NCBI RefSeq assembly: GCF_009914755.1 | Contig: NC_060926.1 | Length of the DNA: 64,000 nucleotides | Reading direction: 5' to 3' (one strand) | DNA from: the human T2T-CHM13v2.0 reference genome, Homo sapiens | Shown: positions 1 to 19,139 of the stretch, one piece after another | How the letters are laid out: each line of letters begins with the position of its first letter | Position numbering within the stretch: the first letter of the stretch is position 1 | Program-made: the position numbers and the translations under genes | Notes under the pieces: generated by a model | Told to the model about the DNA's origin: nothing | The model's input: the letters and a program-made list of their open reading frames with translations, nothing else | Databases searched by the model: none

Positions 1-84
1 AAGAAAACAAGACACCTGAAATCCCACAACCCTAAAATAGCCACCATTAGCAGTTTGGTGACCACCTTTCATGCATCTCATTAT

Positions 85-88
<4 letters not shown>

Positions 89-115
<27 letters not shown>
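89..115. repeat. (CA)n microsatellite
   Basis: Direct reading. Confidence 0.95.
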
Positions 116-164
116 ATGTTCATTGTAATTGTTATTTTTTCTTTCTTTGTTAAAAAATGAGGCT

Positions 165-335
165 TAGAAGAATTGTAATGTTCCCAATACAAAGAAAAGA
201 TAAAGTTTGAGGTGATGGATATCCCAATTACCCTGATTTGATCATTACACATTATATACATACATCATAATATCACATGAACCCCCCAAATATGTACAAC
301 TATGATATATCCATAAAAGTAATAATAAAATAAAC
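165..335 (+). mobile_element. L1MA-type 3' end fragment
   Basis: gaggtgatggatatcccaattaccctgatttgatcattacacatt...tatgtacaactatgat followed by an A-rich tail. Confidence 0.8.
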
Positions 336-339
336 TTAA

Positions 340-650
<311 letters not shown>

Positions 651-1002
651 ACTAAAAATTAATGAGACTCTTTGTCTCATCATCTCCTACTAAACACCAC
701 CCGTTCACCCTTAGGTAACCAACATAAACTGGGGTGTTTCCACCCACAGTTTACCCTATACACATCAATGTATATAAATATATGTACATAGGTAAATATC
801 TTTTGTCCTTGTTCATCTTAACTAAATGGGATCCGATTTAACGTTATGTCTGTGTGTGGGTGTCCAGGGTACATGCATTGGATTTACATTTTGGTAAAAT
901 ACATCATCTCTGCAATTTTCCTTATCACTAATCTTGGAAGAGACTGTAGGCCAACTGATATAAATCTTTTTAAAATTGCATAATATCCCATGGCATGGAT
1001 AA

Positions 1003-1373
<371 letters not shown>

Positions 1374-2589
1374 CCCAATTGTTTGTTTTTGCCCTGCCAA
1401 CAGTGCTGCAGTGGACAGCTTGGTGCCTGTCTCCTCATGTTCTGTTGTTTTTATTTCTATGGAGAGAGTCCTAGGGGTGAGGTGCTGGGTCAGAGGTCCT
1501 TTTACAATGTTAATAGAGCCTTTTCAGACTTTTTCAGAAGGGTGCAATAATTCACGTTTCCACCAGCCATGTATGGATTCTCCTCACCACCACTCCCAAT
1601 TTGCACCCCTCCTCCCACAAGACCTGCCAATGACAAGGTATCACGCTTGAATTTTTGCCATCTGATGGATGTAAAGTGATACCTCATTGTTACTTCCTGT
1701 ATTTGCATTTCCTTGACTACTGCAGAGGCTGAACATCATCTCATATGTTGTTGGTTATTTAGCTTTGTTCTTCTGTGTATCACTTACTGATGTCCTATGC
1801 CCATCTTTCTCTTGGTTGTTTGTCTTTTTCCAATCAATATGTTAAGAGCTCCTTGCTGTCATATGCGCTGCACATGTTTTCTCAGACTCTTTATCATTTA
1901 TCTATTGATTTATTTCTATAGTATCTTTCATTTCTTGATAAAAATTTAAACATTTTTATCAAGTCGGAATTGTGTCTTTGTGTGTGTGTGTGGCCTCTGA
2001 GTTTGCAGACTGAGTTAAAAGCGATCCCCTACTCCTTGGTGGTACGCAGTCTCCCAGGTTGTCTTCTAGTCTTTTTATTGTTTTATGTTTTACATTTAAA
2101 TAAATTCCAGATGGATTACAGATTTTGATATATGCTGTAAGGTAGGGAGCCAATTTAATTTTCTTCCAGATGAATAACCAGTTGTGCCCACATCATTCAT
2201 TGCATAAGTCATTTTCCCCACTGAATTGAAATATCACTTCTGTTGGATTTAATTGAAATCTGCTACCAAGCACTCTATTCTGCTCTCCTTATCTGTTGAT
2301 ACCATACAGTTTTAACTACGGTGATTTCATAGAGCATATTGTAATATCTACTAAGGAAGCCCTTCATCTTCCCCACACTATTCCTTTTTATAATTTTCTC
2401 AACTCCTCTCAATTCCATTATTATCTATTTCAAAAGAAACACATTGGGTATTCACTTCTATATACTAATTTGGAGAAAATTGACATTTTACGATATTATG
2501 TCTTCCTGTCTAAGCATATATTTGTTTCATTCTGCTTGGATCCTATTTTTTATACTTTGAGAAGTTCTTTAGGATTCTATGCCTTTCTT

Positions 2590-2926
<337 letters not shown>

Positions 2927-3347
2927 TGAGGTGTAATTTACATACTATAACATTACTTGCTTTAAGTGTATAATTTGCCGATGATTAGATTTTTACAGTT
3001 GTGTAACCATCATATAGTCTAATTTTAGAAAATGTCCATCACCCCACACAGACACTTTGAGGCCATTTGCAGACACTCCCCATTCCCACCCCCAGCCCTA
3101 GGCAGCCACTGCTCAAAATAGATCAAAATAGAGAAAATACTCTATATATAGATATTCCCTTTCTGCGTCATTCTTAGTGTTTTATTCTTTACAATGTTTT
3201 TCACTGTTGTGAATAGAACATTTTTTCCTCCTATTTCTTGCTAGCTGTTTGCTATAAAAAATACTGATTTTGTTATATTTATCTTATAATCCATTATCTT
3301 ACCACTTTTCTTAGGTTTTCTTATTATACAACTATAACATAATGTAT

Positions 3348-3697
<350 letters not shown>

Positions 3698-4190
3698 TTA
3701 CTGCGTTTTCTGGCAACTTGTAAAATTGTTTAATAATAGAGGTCAGGGGAGGCATCCATGTTCTGTTCCTAATTATAATGACTGACTTTTGTGCTTTACT
3801 CATTAGAATGATATTTGCTGTTGGTTTTTGGTAACGTGTCTTTATTACACTTGAGTCGTTTTGTCCTGTTCCATGGTTCTTAGAATTTTTATTGGGAATG
3901 GCATTTCATCAGATGTCTTCAACTTTTATTTATTTTGATTGGTTTTTCTCCGTTGATTTGTGGATGTAAAGAATGATGCTGCTAACTTCCATGATGAATT
4001 GTCCTTGGCTTATGGAATAAACCCAGACAGGTCAAACTGTATTATCCTTTTGGTACACTGCAAATTGTTTACAACTGTAGTTTGTGTCTTTTGTATCTAT
4101 GTTCATGAGGTTTGTCCAAGGGCTTACTATTTTAGTACTACCATTATTAGGCTTTGATATTAGGGTTATATTGGTTTTATAAAATGAATT

Positions 4191-4346
4191 GGCCATGCAC
4201 ATGGCTGTAATCCCAGCACTTTGGGAGGCTGAAGGATTGCTTGGAGCCCAGGAGGTTGAGGCTGCAGTGAGCTATGATCCGCCACTGCACTCCAGCCTGA
4301 GCGACATAGTAAGAAAGACTCTGTCTCAAAAAAAAAAAAAAAAAAA
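4191..4346 (+). mobile_element. Alu monomer (FAM/FRAM-like) with poly(A)
   Basis: Single-arm Alu sequence plus A tail. Confidence 0.85.
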
Positions 4347-4524
4347 TTAAAATGAGTTCAGGAGCTTGTCATCAAACTGTCATTTTTTGACAACTCTTGA
4401 TGGACTGGCAGAGGCAGGGAAAGTCAAAACAACAAGGTTGAGAGGTAGCTATCCTTCCATTCTGTTTGTCTTTTAAGCCTGCTGTGTAGTAGTTAATAGT
4501 TAATACATTTCCTTAATTATTGGC

Positions 4525-4675
4525 TAGAGCTGCTCTACACATTGACTTAACCACTAGCCACATGTCTGTTTAAATTAAAATGAAATAAAATTTAAAATTC
4601 AGTTCCTCAGTCATACGAACCACCTTTCAGGTGCCCAGTAGCCACATGTAGCTAGTAGCTGCCACGCTAAACAAC
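4525..4675. mobile_element. MER3-like hAT-Charlie MITE
   Basis: ccactagccacatgt...aaattcagttcctcagtca...tagccacatgtagctagtagct. Confidence 0.75.
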
Positions 4676-4679
4676 AAAT

Positions 4680-4855
4680 CAGGGGTCAGCAGACCATGTT
4701 CAGTGGAGTTCTTGTACGGCCTGGTGAGCTAAGAATGGTTGTCACCATTTTAAGAGATTACTTTAAAAAAAATGTGACAGAGCCTGTGACTGTGGCCCCC
4801 AGAGCTTAACCTATTCACTCTCTGGCCTTTTACAGAAAAAATCTGGTGGTCCCTG
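4680..4855 (+). mobile_element. MER58-family hAT MITE
   Basis: caggggtcagca...gagctaagaatggtt...ctggccttttacagaaaaa...ccctg termini. Confidence 0.75.
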
Positions 4856-5057
4856 ATTGAGAACATTGTCTCCTAACTTGAGTTGCTTACTTATCCCTTC
4901 CCATCATTTTTATAATGGAACACCATCTGTATGACTGTTTACCTAATATTTTTCTTTAAATAGATTTACTTAAATTTTTGAAAGAAACATTATATCAGCA
5001 TCATAAATAGAAATATTTACTTACTTTTTTAACTTAAATTTTTGAAAGAAAGATTAC

Positions 5058-5359
5058 ATTATTATTATTATTATTGTTTGAGATGGAGTCTTGCTCTGTC
5101 GCCCAGGTTGGAGTGCAGTGGTGCCATCTTGGCTCACTGCAGCCTCTGCCTCTCAGGTTCAAGCAGTTCTCTGCCTCAGCCTCCCGAGTAGCTGGGATTA
5201 CAGTTGCGCACCACCACACCCAGCTAATTTTTGTATTTTTAGTAGAGACGGGCTTCACCATGTTGGCTGGGCTGGTCTTGAACTCCTGGCTTCAAGTGAT
5301 CCACCCGCCTCGGCCTTCCAAAGTGCTGGGATTACAGATGTGAGCCACCACACCCAGCC
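5058..5359 (-). mobile_element. AluS
   Basis: Full dimer with (TTA)n tail; TSD agaaa(g/c)attac. Confidence 0.92.
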
Positions 5360-6028
5360 AGAAACATTACTTAATTTTTTGAAAGAAACATTATTTCTTA
5401 CATTTTTACTTGAAGTTTTGAAATTTACTTAAATTTATTTTACTTAAATTTTTGAAAGAAACATTATATCAACATCGTAAATAGAAACATTTGCCATAAA
5501 TAGATAACTAGAAAAATAAATACAATGAAAGCCAACAGTATTATTAAATTCCAATTACAAACTAGACCTTGGTCTTTCCTTTGCTAAAAAGACAGATTAG
5601 TAAGTATGAAGTATTAGAAGATACACACCCACCAGCTGAGATATTTTCCTTGATGTAATCAGACATGTAGAAAGAGAACTGGAAAGGGAACTGCCTCCTC
5701 ACTCATAATTCAGTGTCATTTAAGTCCGGGCACGTGTACCTCCTGAAATCACTTGTACACGTGTTCTAAACTTTGGAGCACTGGGCTGAGGAGAGAGGAG
5801 AGCAGGGAGCATGAGTCTGGCTCAGATGATGGCTGGAGTTGCGGGTGCCTAAGTAGGGCAACAGTAGTTAGACACCTTCCTTACCACTGCCAGCTAAAGG
5901 ATGCACAAGACATCATTTGAATTCTCTTTGTTGTGAAGGTTAGAGCACCAGATGTAAATTTATAATTGGACTCTGTCATTCCACAGAACACTCCACAGAA
6001 GTGTCATCACTAAGTAAAAAAGTTAATG

Positions 6029-6317
<289 letters not shown>

Positions 6318-6369
6318 TTAATAATATTTTCCCAGCTTTTATTGATGTTTACTCTATATTAAAAATGGC

Positions 6370-6442
6370 GTGAGCCAAGATCATGCAACTGCACTCCAGC
6401 CTGGGCAACAGCGAGACTCTGTCTCAAAAAAATAAAAAAACA
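6370..6442 (+). mobile_element. Severely 5'-truncated Alu
   Basis: Last ~55 nt of Alu plus tail; TSD aaaaa(t/c)ggc preceded by TT. Confidence 0.8.
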
Positions 6443-7026
6443 AAAAACGGCCGTTGGAAAAATATTTCCGTACCTTCTGCAAAACTGCAGTCAAATATAT
6501 ATTTATTTTCCTTAAATAGTGATTCCATAAATTCCTTCTAGAATTTTTATTTACATGTAGAACAGACTTACTATCTCTAAAATATTTAGACTGAAACCTC
6601 TTTTTAATGTTTCCTGGTGGGTGAATCAGAGCCTTCCTTTAATCCAACAAGGGTTTCCCTTTCCTAAACCATTTCCCCTTTTGTTTGAACTGCTAGGAAG
6701 CTTAGTGCTAAATGCAATTCCTACTATATTATATGTTTTTTTACTTCTTTTCAACAATCCACTTTTAAATGCATTTTTGTTGTTTTTAAATCAACATTGT
6801 TGAGGTATAATTTATATACAATAAACACAACAATTTTTTGATGTATATTTCAGAGTTTTGACATTTTTATTTGCCTATGTAATCACTACCACAATCAAGA
6901 TATGGAATATTTCTATTATCCCAAAAAGTGCCTCTTTCTAGTCAATCCCCCTTCCTCTCCACCACCACCTCCGCTCGTGCTCCCCCTCACCCCCCTGGCA
7001 ATCAGTGATCTACTGTCCCTATAGAT

Positions 7027-7215
7027 CAGTGCCTCTCAGGCGACATATAGCAATGTCTGGAGACATTTTTGGTTGTCACAACTGGGCAGGTACTACTGGT
7101 ATGTAGTGGGGAGAGGCCAGGAATGCTGTTAAACATCTACAGTGCACTGGATAGCTCCCAGGACAAAATATTAACTGGCCAAAAACTTCAATAGTGCCAA
7201 GATTGAGGAACCCTG
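7027..7215 (+). mobile_element. MER20 hAT-Charlie element
   Basis: gcaatgtctggagacatttttggttgtcacaactggg...aatagtgccaagattgaggaaccctg; intact 8-bp TSD ctatagat (7019-7026, 7216-7223). Confidence 0.9.
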
Positions 7216-7224
7216 CTATAGATA

Positions 7225-7365
7225 CAGTTGGGGTATGCAAATGATGGTCTGCAGGCGAAATCCAGGCTTGTCACCTGTTTCTGTATGGTGCATAAGCTAC
7301 ACATGGTTTTCACATGTTTAAATGGTTGAACAAATCAAAAGAAAAAGAATATCTCCTGACAAATA
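7225..7365 (+). mobile_element. MER58B-like fragment
   Basis: cctgtttctgtatgg...atggttttcacatgtttaaatggttga...aatcaaaagaa. Confidence 0.65.
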
Positions 7366-7382
7366 TTCTGTTACATCTATAA

Positions 7383-8685
<1,303 letters not shown>

Positions 8686-10120
8686 TCTAATCCCTTTATA
8701 AATGAGATAAATATGTTTTAATATTATAAGCTGCTTCATTCCTCCAGTTCTCAGAAAAGCAACGGATCACTTGATTAACTGCAACAGAATAAGGCAGATT
8801 GGGAAGGAACTAGGACTGGAGTGGGTGGAGGGTGGTGAAGGGACAGCTCATCACAGACACTGGAGAACCTGCATTCCAGTGGGCGAAATACCCATGACGG
8901 CAGAGACAGCAGCCATTGGGTAACCCAAGTGGGCATGTGGGGTGAAAACAGGCAGGAGAGCACAGTGGTGGGAGTGCAGGCACAGGTAGTGTGGGGAAGC
9001 AAGCAGCTGGTGTCAGAAGAGTGTGCCAACAGGTGGGGGACCACAGGTGGGCAGGCCTTGACTCCCTGAGGAAGGTGATGGGCAACCACAAAGAAGGGTG
9101 TGTCAGCCTACTGGGAAAGAGATATGAGGCCCTTTGCACACAGGCTTGGGCTCAGGGAGTCAGTATCTGGCGTGGAGTCCTGGGCCTGCCCTCAGCAACA
9201 GAGGAGTTGGAGCTTAGAGTCAGGGCTTGTCCACTGTCAGGCATCCCAACCTGGAGGCTCAGTATGTTGGACTCTACACCTGCCTTCTGGGTTTGGTTCT
9301 TGGCCTGGGCTGGTGGTGGCTGGGGGTGGGAAAGAGGCTACCAGGGACTAGGAACCAAGGAGATCTGGCCAGCCTTTCAGGGAATAGATGGGGGATAAAT
9401 TGTATGTCCTTATAAAAATAATTTGGGTGTCTGTCATCAGTTCCAATTCCACCTCTCCTAGCAAGAGCAGGTAAACATGAAAAAGAGGAAATGCTGGCAT
9501 TCCAGATGAATTAGACGGGCAGGCAACCCAAATTCTATTACTCCCATTTACTTGCTTTCAAGAGATGTAGACGTATTCATCTCTTTTATCGGTAGGTATG
9601 CAGCAGGTGCTCCACAGTCAAGCATCAATCTCAGAGGAAAGGCCCATTTCCTCTTTTTCTTTAGGTGAATGAATTTATCTGCACTTTTTCAGACTCAACC
9701 ATCAGGAAAAGCCTTTTGAACCCCAAATAATCATTTGCTTCATGTTTCCATTCATTCATCAAAGGAAGGTAGCAGCCAAGTAGGCCAGGTTACAGAGGGT
9801 GTTCTGCTCCCATTTTGTAGCCATTTGAGAAGATGCTGCCTTGTCCAGGGCCCTGGTGAACAGAATGGAGGAAGGGGGCCATTGACTACCCCTCCTGGAG
9901 GTAGCCCCATCACTTGCACTCTTCAGTGAAGATGATGCCCTCACTGGGTGCGTCCCAGTGCACGGTGGAGTGGGGGTGCCTCTCACTGAGATGGGGGCCA
10001 CTGGAGGACGAACCTGGTGGAGATAGAGCATGATAAGCTTGGTTTTAGATGGGATGGGTTAGAAGGGCCAGCAAGATATCAAAGTAGAGAGATCCAATTG
10101 GCTGTAGATGTCCAGATTAA

Positions 10121-10435
<315 letters not shown>

Positions 10436-10540
10436 TGATGTCCAGATTAATGGTTGTTAAAGAAATATACAAGAGATGTTAGCTTGCTAGTGGCTTTGCC
10501 TGACCTGGCACAAACATCCTCAGAGTGTAGTCCGGTGTAA

Positions 10541-10900
<360 letters not shown>

Positions 10901-10914
10901 TAACAATATTTTTA

Positions 10915-11269
10915 TTTCTATTTATTTATTTATTTTTTTAAGGCCAAGGAATTAAGTGACTGTATTTAGAACAGAAGGTATTCCATGAATAACATCAAAA
11001 CAATGTGGACACTAAGAGAATACATGTAACTCATGGATGCAGGGGACGCACATTGTCTGCATTCCTGTTTTCTGTGCCTACTACATGTGCTCCACCCCAC
11101 ACCTGCTGAGTACATGCTGGGAAGATCATGTCAACCCTTGGAGCAGCTAGTGTTTAATCATCTCCTGCTAGCGCCTCATGTTTTACATTTTGGCACTGTC
11201 ATGCAGATACTCCCCTTTCCCCCTAAATAAGACACTGTCACACAATATCTTTTAACTCATCTGTATTTG
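10915..11269 (-). pseudogene. 5'-truncated processed retrocopy of an mRNA 3'UTR, probably HSP90AA1 distal 3'UTR
   Basis: Perfect 16-bp TSD tataacaatattttta (10899-10914, 11270-11285), decayed poly(A) seen as a T-rich tract at 10915-10939, and TTTT/AAAAA L1 endonuclease site on the minus strand. The minus-strand body CAAATACAGATGAGTTAAAAGATATTGTGTGACAGTG...CACTTAATTCCTTGGCC matches my recollection of the HSP90AA1 3' end. Confidence 0.8.
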
Positions 11270-11459
11270 TATAACAATATTTTTAAAATTATATAGTACC
11301 AAGAGATTGAGTTCCACTGTAATTCTCCTGTGGGAAAACTGCAGTTAATAGTTTCATATATATATGAAATCTCACTCATATAAATACACATATAGATAAA
11401 CATACCTTGGGTTCTGGTTTTGTCCTGTAAACTACTTTCTTCACTCATAACCTCCCATG

Positions 11460-12230
11460 TCAATACTTAGAGATCTACAGAATCCTTTTCAATGGCTGCA
11501 CAGCCCTCTATTGTGTGAATATACCATTATTTATTTAAACAGTCCTCCTATTGTCAGACTTTAAGCTGGATCTCAAAATATTTGTTATTATAAACAACAG
11601 TGTTACCAAACACCCTCGTACTACATCTTTGTACAACTGTTCAATTATTTCCTTAGGAGGAATTCTTAGACATGAAATGCACATTTTAAGTTTTCATGCA
11701 GATGTTCAGATTTCCTTCTGGTGAGAACATACTAATTTGAACCCTGTTAACAACATATAAGAATGCGTGCTTTTTACATTTGCTTTGGACATTGTTCTGT
11801 GTGCTATTATGAATAGTGAAAAATGTAATCTCATTGTTTTCATTTGCATTTATTTAATTATTAATAAAGGTGAACATCTTTTCATTTGCCTATTAGCTAT
11901 TTATGTCCCTCCTCCCCTTGTGGGTTACCTATTCTTATCCTTTGCCTATTTTTTTATTGTAGTATTTTTTTGTCTTTTAGGATTTAGAAGCGCTATTACA
12001 TATAAATATTAATCCTTGGTTATATGATACACACCTGTCATACCAGTTTTTATTTGTCTTTATTAAAAGTAATTTGTGGTATCTTTTGCTGTATCATAAT
12101 TTTTCACTATTGTATAGTCTAAATTACTCTGATTTTTTATGGTTTCCGGCTTTGGATTATGATAAAAAGAAAAGCCTAACTCAATCAAAGGTTATAAACA
12201 TATCCTTCTATGTTTTTTTCTAGCATTTTA
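11460..12230 (-). mobile_element. Old L1ME-like fragment
   Basis: Degenerate antisense L1 3' motifs (ataccattatttatttaaacagtcc, ctcattgttttcatttgcattt). Confidence 0.65.
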
Positions 12231-12956
12231 TACTTTTCTCTCCTTTTCTAATGTAGAATGCAAATGTACTGATGCTACTTCTTTGCTTGCCATGCTAGCC
12301 AGCCCTGCCACTGCACTCAGCATCTTGTCCATACTCTTGGCACGCCATGTCCCACCAGGCCTTGAAGGATTCAGCCGCTGTCCACTTTCCACCCTCATGC
12401 ATCCAATGCACCAGCCATCCTGAGTGCACCAAGCTAGCTTGCGCCACACAGCTTCTGTCTGGAACATCCTTGCCTGACTTCTTCCTTGACCCCTGGTGAA
12501 CTCCTAAGCAACCATCCAGACTCACCTCCAAGGCACTTGTGAGAAGCAGTCCTCCAGCCCAGTCAGTGTGAAGTGCTTCCCCACCCTTTCTGGTACCGGC
12601 AGCCCTTCCAGCTCCTTGTCTCCTATTGAAATGTTGGTTGATGCATATCCTTCCACTACCAACTTGTGAGCTCCATGAGAGTTGGTTGAGTATCTGGCAC
12701 CCAGTACAGTAACCCTGCCTCCATGATCTGATTTGCATTTTAGCAAGCTCAATCTGCTAATAGTGTGGAGGCCGGGGACCAACCAGAAGTATCCATGTAA
12801 TGGTGAGGTCATAGTCCAGTAAATGATAAGGGCCTGACTTCAGCAATGGGTTTGGAGAAAGAGGACAGAGGAGAAATTGATTTAGTAGGTAGAACCAACA
12901 GTGTTTTGTTTGAGAAGTTTCCTGGACATTCAATACATGAGAAAATAAAAACATTA

Positions 12957-13100
12957 GCCCAGTGCATGGTGGCTCATGACTGTAATCCCAGCACTTTGGG
13001 AGCCTGAGGTGGGCAGATCACTTGAGGCCAGGAGTTTGAGACCAGCCTGGACAGCATAGCAAAACCCTATCTCTATTTGAAAAAAAAAAAAAAAAAAAAA
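12957..13100 (+). mobile_element. FLAM-type Alu monomer
   Basis: Left-arm-like monomer followed directly by poly(A). Confidence 0.85.
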
Positions 13101-13378
13101 GCCCATTAGCATGGTCCAGACCTTTTGATTGTTTGGAATTACGTCTGCTTCTCTTCTCTTGTGACTTGGCCTAGTTATCACCTCCACGTCATTATCTATC
13201 AAGTGAAGTTAGCATATGGACCTCCAAGGCCAGCTGTGCAGTGATTTCCGTGTGTGACGAGCTCTCCCAGCCCCGGACACATGCAGTCAGTGAGTGCTGG
13301 TTCTCTGCTCTCCTCCACCTCATTACCTTGGGTGGTGGGGTCAGTTGCCATCTTCCAACTGATCTAAAGGATTCCTAG

Positions 13379-13810
<432 letters not shown>

Positions 13811-15429
13811 CATGCTGCCACTGCTAGTGTCATTCCCACTCTGTTTTCCTTTCCCTCCAGGGAACCTCCCAGCATTCAGCCCTTTCTCAGCTCTGCTCCT
13901 TCCTTTTCTGTTCTGTGGGCACCACCCAGTTAACCCACTGCACCCCCATGCCTGGCTTGGCATAATCACTGCCCTCCCTGTCTCCAGTCAACCCAGGCCA
14001 GGGTAAGGAAGCAGAAAGGCCAGTCCCCAACTCACAGTTGCATCCTATGACCACACTTGGATCCTGCTCCCGCTGTGCCAGGGCACCCTGGGAGCCATGT
14101 GTCTCATTCAGAGCCTCGACCTCTTGCTCTGCACCCCTGATTTATGTTCTGTCTCTCCAAGCTGCATCCTCATCCCAGCTTCCTCTCTCAGCCCCAAGGT
14201 AGCCAGTCTGTCTGCCATTCTCAGCCCACCCTTGCCTACCTCCGCCTCCCCTCTTTTCTCCATGCCAGAGAACACCTGCTTTGCTCCTCTCCCCCAGCCC
14301 TTGACCAAACACCCACAACCAGCACAGAACTCTCTTTTGAGAAGACTTCTTTCCCATCACTCACAGCTCAGAGTCCGTTCCTGTGGCTGACGCTGTAAAT
14401 GCAAGCTGCTTTCTCACCGCCATCTCCGTGGTTCTTACAACTTCCCCAACCCAAGCCTTCTTTCAGCCAACATTGAATGAGTCCCCTCTATGTGCCAAAC
14501 CCTCAGAGGACAAAATAAGGCATAGGCTTGGCTTTCAAAAAGCTTCAGTCTGTTGGGCATGAATTCCAACCCACAGTTTTCTCAGCCATAACGTGGGGAT
14601 AATAATGTTTCATTTCCTCACAGGGCTGCTGTAAGATTGCTAGGAAATCGTGTGTGAGCTCTTGAGATGATGTGGTGCTGATGGTGTTGACACCTACTTG
14701 ACAGCTGGGAAAACGGGCCTGGGAGGACGTGCCCATAGTCGCATGGCACAGCCAAGGTCACTGCCCTCACCTGTGCTCACCCTGCGGCCCACCCCATTTC
14801 CTCCTCACCTCCCCTCTGTGCCCGTCTCATCCTCACTCACTCCCATTCATTTCCCTCTAAAACAGGGCCCTGAAATCCAGATGCGATCAGCCTAGTGGTA
14901 TCACTGCCCCAGAAGAAGGGAAGTTGGTCATTTTCACCCCCAGACGTTTCTGTAAGCCTCCTGAGAGTGCCCACTGGCCTGCCACCCCTGTGGCACAGTG
15001 CTTCCTGCCTGCCCCCGGGAGTCTCAGGATCAAGGTCACAGTGGCTCACCCACCTTGCTGCTCATCTCCTCAAAGCTGGGTTCCATTAGTCATGAATTTC
15101 CATGGGCACTGATGAGATTTGCTTCTCAGGCTTAGGAATTCTGGACTGGTGTAAAAATGTCTGTCTCAGTGATGGAGGTGTCAGGTCCGTAAGAAAGACA
15201 GCCGGCAGGAGCAGGCACAGGAGGAAGGCTGCTTTTGATTGGGCAGAAGCATTATTGGCTTAAAGTCAGAGGCAGGTAAAGCAACTTCTTTTGGGAGAGA
15301 GAGCCTGGGAACACATTTTAAGTACAAGTATCTGGTGCCTCTTTGAAGGGGTCTTACGACTCAGAAATAAAGGGAATGCCTTGTACCCTTTTGAAATCTT
15401 GTTTAATTTCAAGAGTTGAAATAAAGGAA

Positions 15430-15819
<390 letters not shown>

Positions 15820-15832
15820 TCAAACAATATAA

Positions 15833-16205
<373 letters not shown>

Positions 16206-16225
16206 ACAATATTTATTTTTAATTA

Positions 16226-16548
<323 letters not shown>

Positions 16549-16931
16549 AGCAATGTAACATATAGAAAGTCTGGAAAATTAGGGGGGCAGAAATCCCTTG
16601 TTATCCCACAACAGAAACTATTGTTTATTCTCTTCTGATCTGCTTTGAGTCCATATTTTGATTGTAAGCATATTTGACATGTATTTGTATGTTTTTTTAA
16701 AGTTTTAAATGTTTGATGAGATATATACAGAAACATGCAGAAAATATATGTGCAGTTTAAAGAATAATTAATAGCAAATGCCTTCATAATTCCCACCATG
16801 TAAGAAGCTCCCCCTACCATGGGCCCCTCCCTCCCTGCCAGATAGATAACCACTGCCAGAGCAATAACCCCTATCTTGAGTTTTCTGATTATCATTTCCT
16901 TGTTTTTGTTTTGCCATGGTTTTAGCACTAG

Positions 16932-17318
<387 letters not shown>

Positions 17319-18138
17319 TCATATTTACTCTGTTATGTCTGCTCCTTCCCCTCAACTATTGTTTGCAAGATGCTGTATATGGCTGTAGTCAGTTCATACT
17401 AATTTTCAGCTTAAAAGAGAAGAAAGTAGTTTTATATTCTCATTCAATTTCTACCCTGAATCTAGGTTTCATCAGGTAGCCCGGGTTTGTGGTCCTTTCA
17501 TGGTTAAGAAAATACATCCTTTCCTCCTGTTTTCCCCAGCCCACACCTGAGGTCTCCAGCTGAGAAGAGCCCCCGCCCCGTTTCCTGGCAGTGGGTGTGA
17601 GCCCTCTTCCAGCATTTGGCCCTTGTTCTAGGAAGCAGCCACTCCAGGAGCTGCTGGAGACCCTTGAGCTGCAGCTGCCATCCTTCCAGGGGAGATGATG
17701 GAATTATTTCTGGGGCCTGGAGACAGCTGGCAAGAGCACGGGAAGCACAGCAGGGCTGAGTTATCTGCCAGGAGTCGGTGCCGGGTGGGCGAGGTGCTGG
17801 TGGTGGTGTGGTGCCTCCTCTGGTCACAGACGCTTGTCCTTCCCCAGCTAAAGCCCCAATCGGGAGTCAGGAGTCCTTGTCTCCCATGTGTACACCTGTC
17901 TGTCCTTCTTCCAGGACCTGCGGGAGCTGGGCTTATGGAAGTGGGATTTACTCACACTTACTTTTGAGGGTCCTCAGCCTGCCCAGGCCTCAAGTAATGA
18001 AGCCTCCTGGCCTCAGGGAGTCAGCCAACACTTACAAGGAGCCAGGCTTCAGCTTGAACGCCCAAGACTGGTGCTGTGCACACTTGGGCTGGGAGGTGCA
18101 CGTGAACACACATCAACGCACAGCTAAGCTTGTCCTAT

Positions 18139-18140
<2 letters not shown>

Positions 18141-18175
<35 letters not shown>
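18141..18175. repeat. (CA)n microsatellite
   Basis: Direct reading. Confidence 0.95.
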
Positions 18176-18177
<2 letters not shown>

Positions 18178-18536
18178 AGCTCTGGCTTCTGACAACTGCC
18201 CCTTAGCTCTTCTGTGCCTTTGAACTAATCTCACTGAACAAGTGGTCAGCAGCTCCCATTTCTTACCACCCTCTCACAGCTAATCCTTTGCAATGTAGCT
18301 TTTGCCCTCTGCACACTGATGGTCCTTGTTCATTAAGTCCAGCCACGTGGGGCCGGGCCAACTCAGATGAACTCATGGGATTAAAACCTCTTACTTGATC
18401 TTAGCCTGTTAAGAAATCATCCCTGTGGATTTATATACACCTTCCCAGAAGCTATTTGTTTCATTCAACTCCTGCTTGCTTGGGGCCCAAGCTTGATCTG
18501 TACTTGTGTCAGTTTCTTTTAAAAACCGTCTCAGGA

Positions 18537-19139
<603 letters not shown>

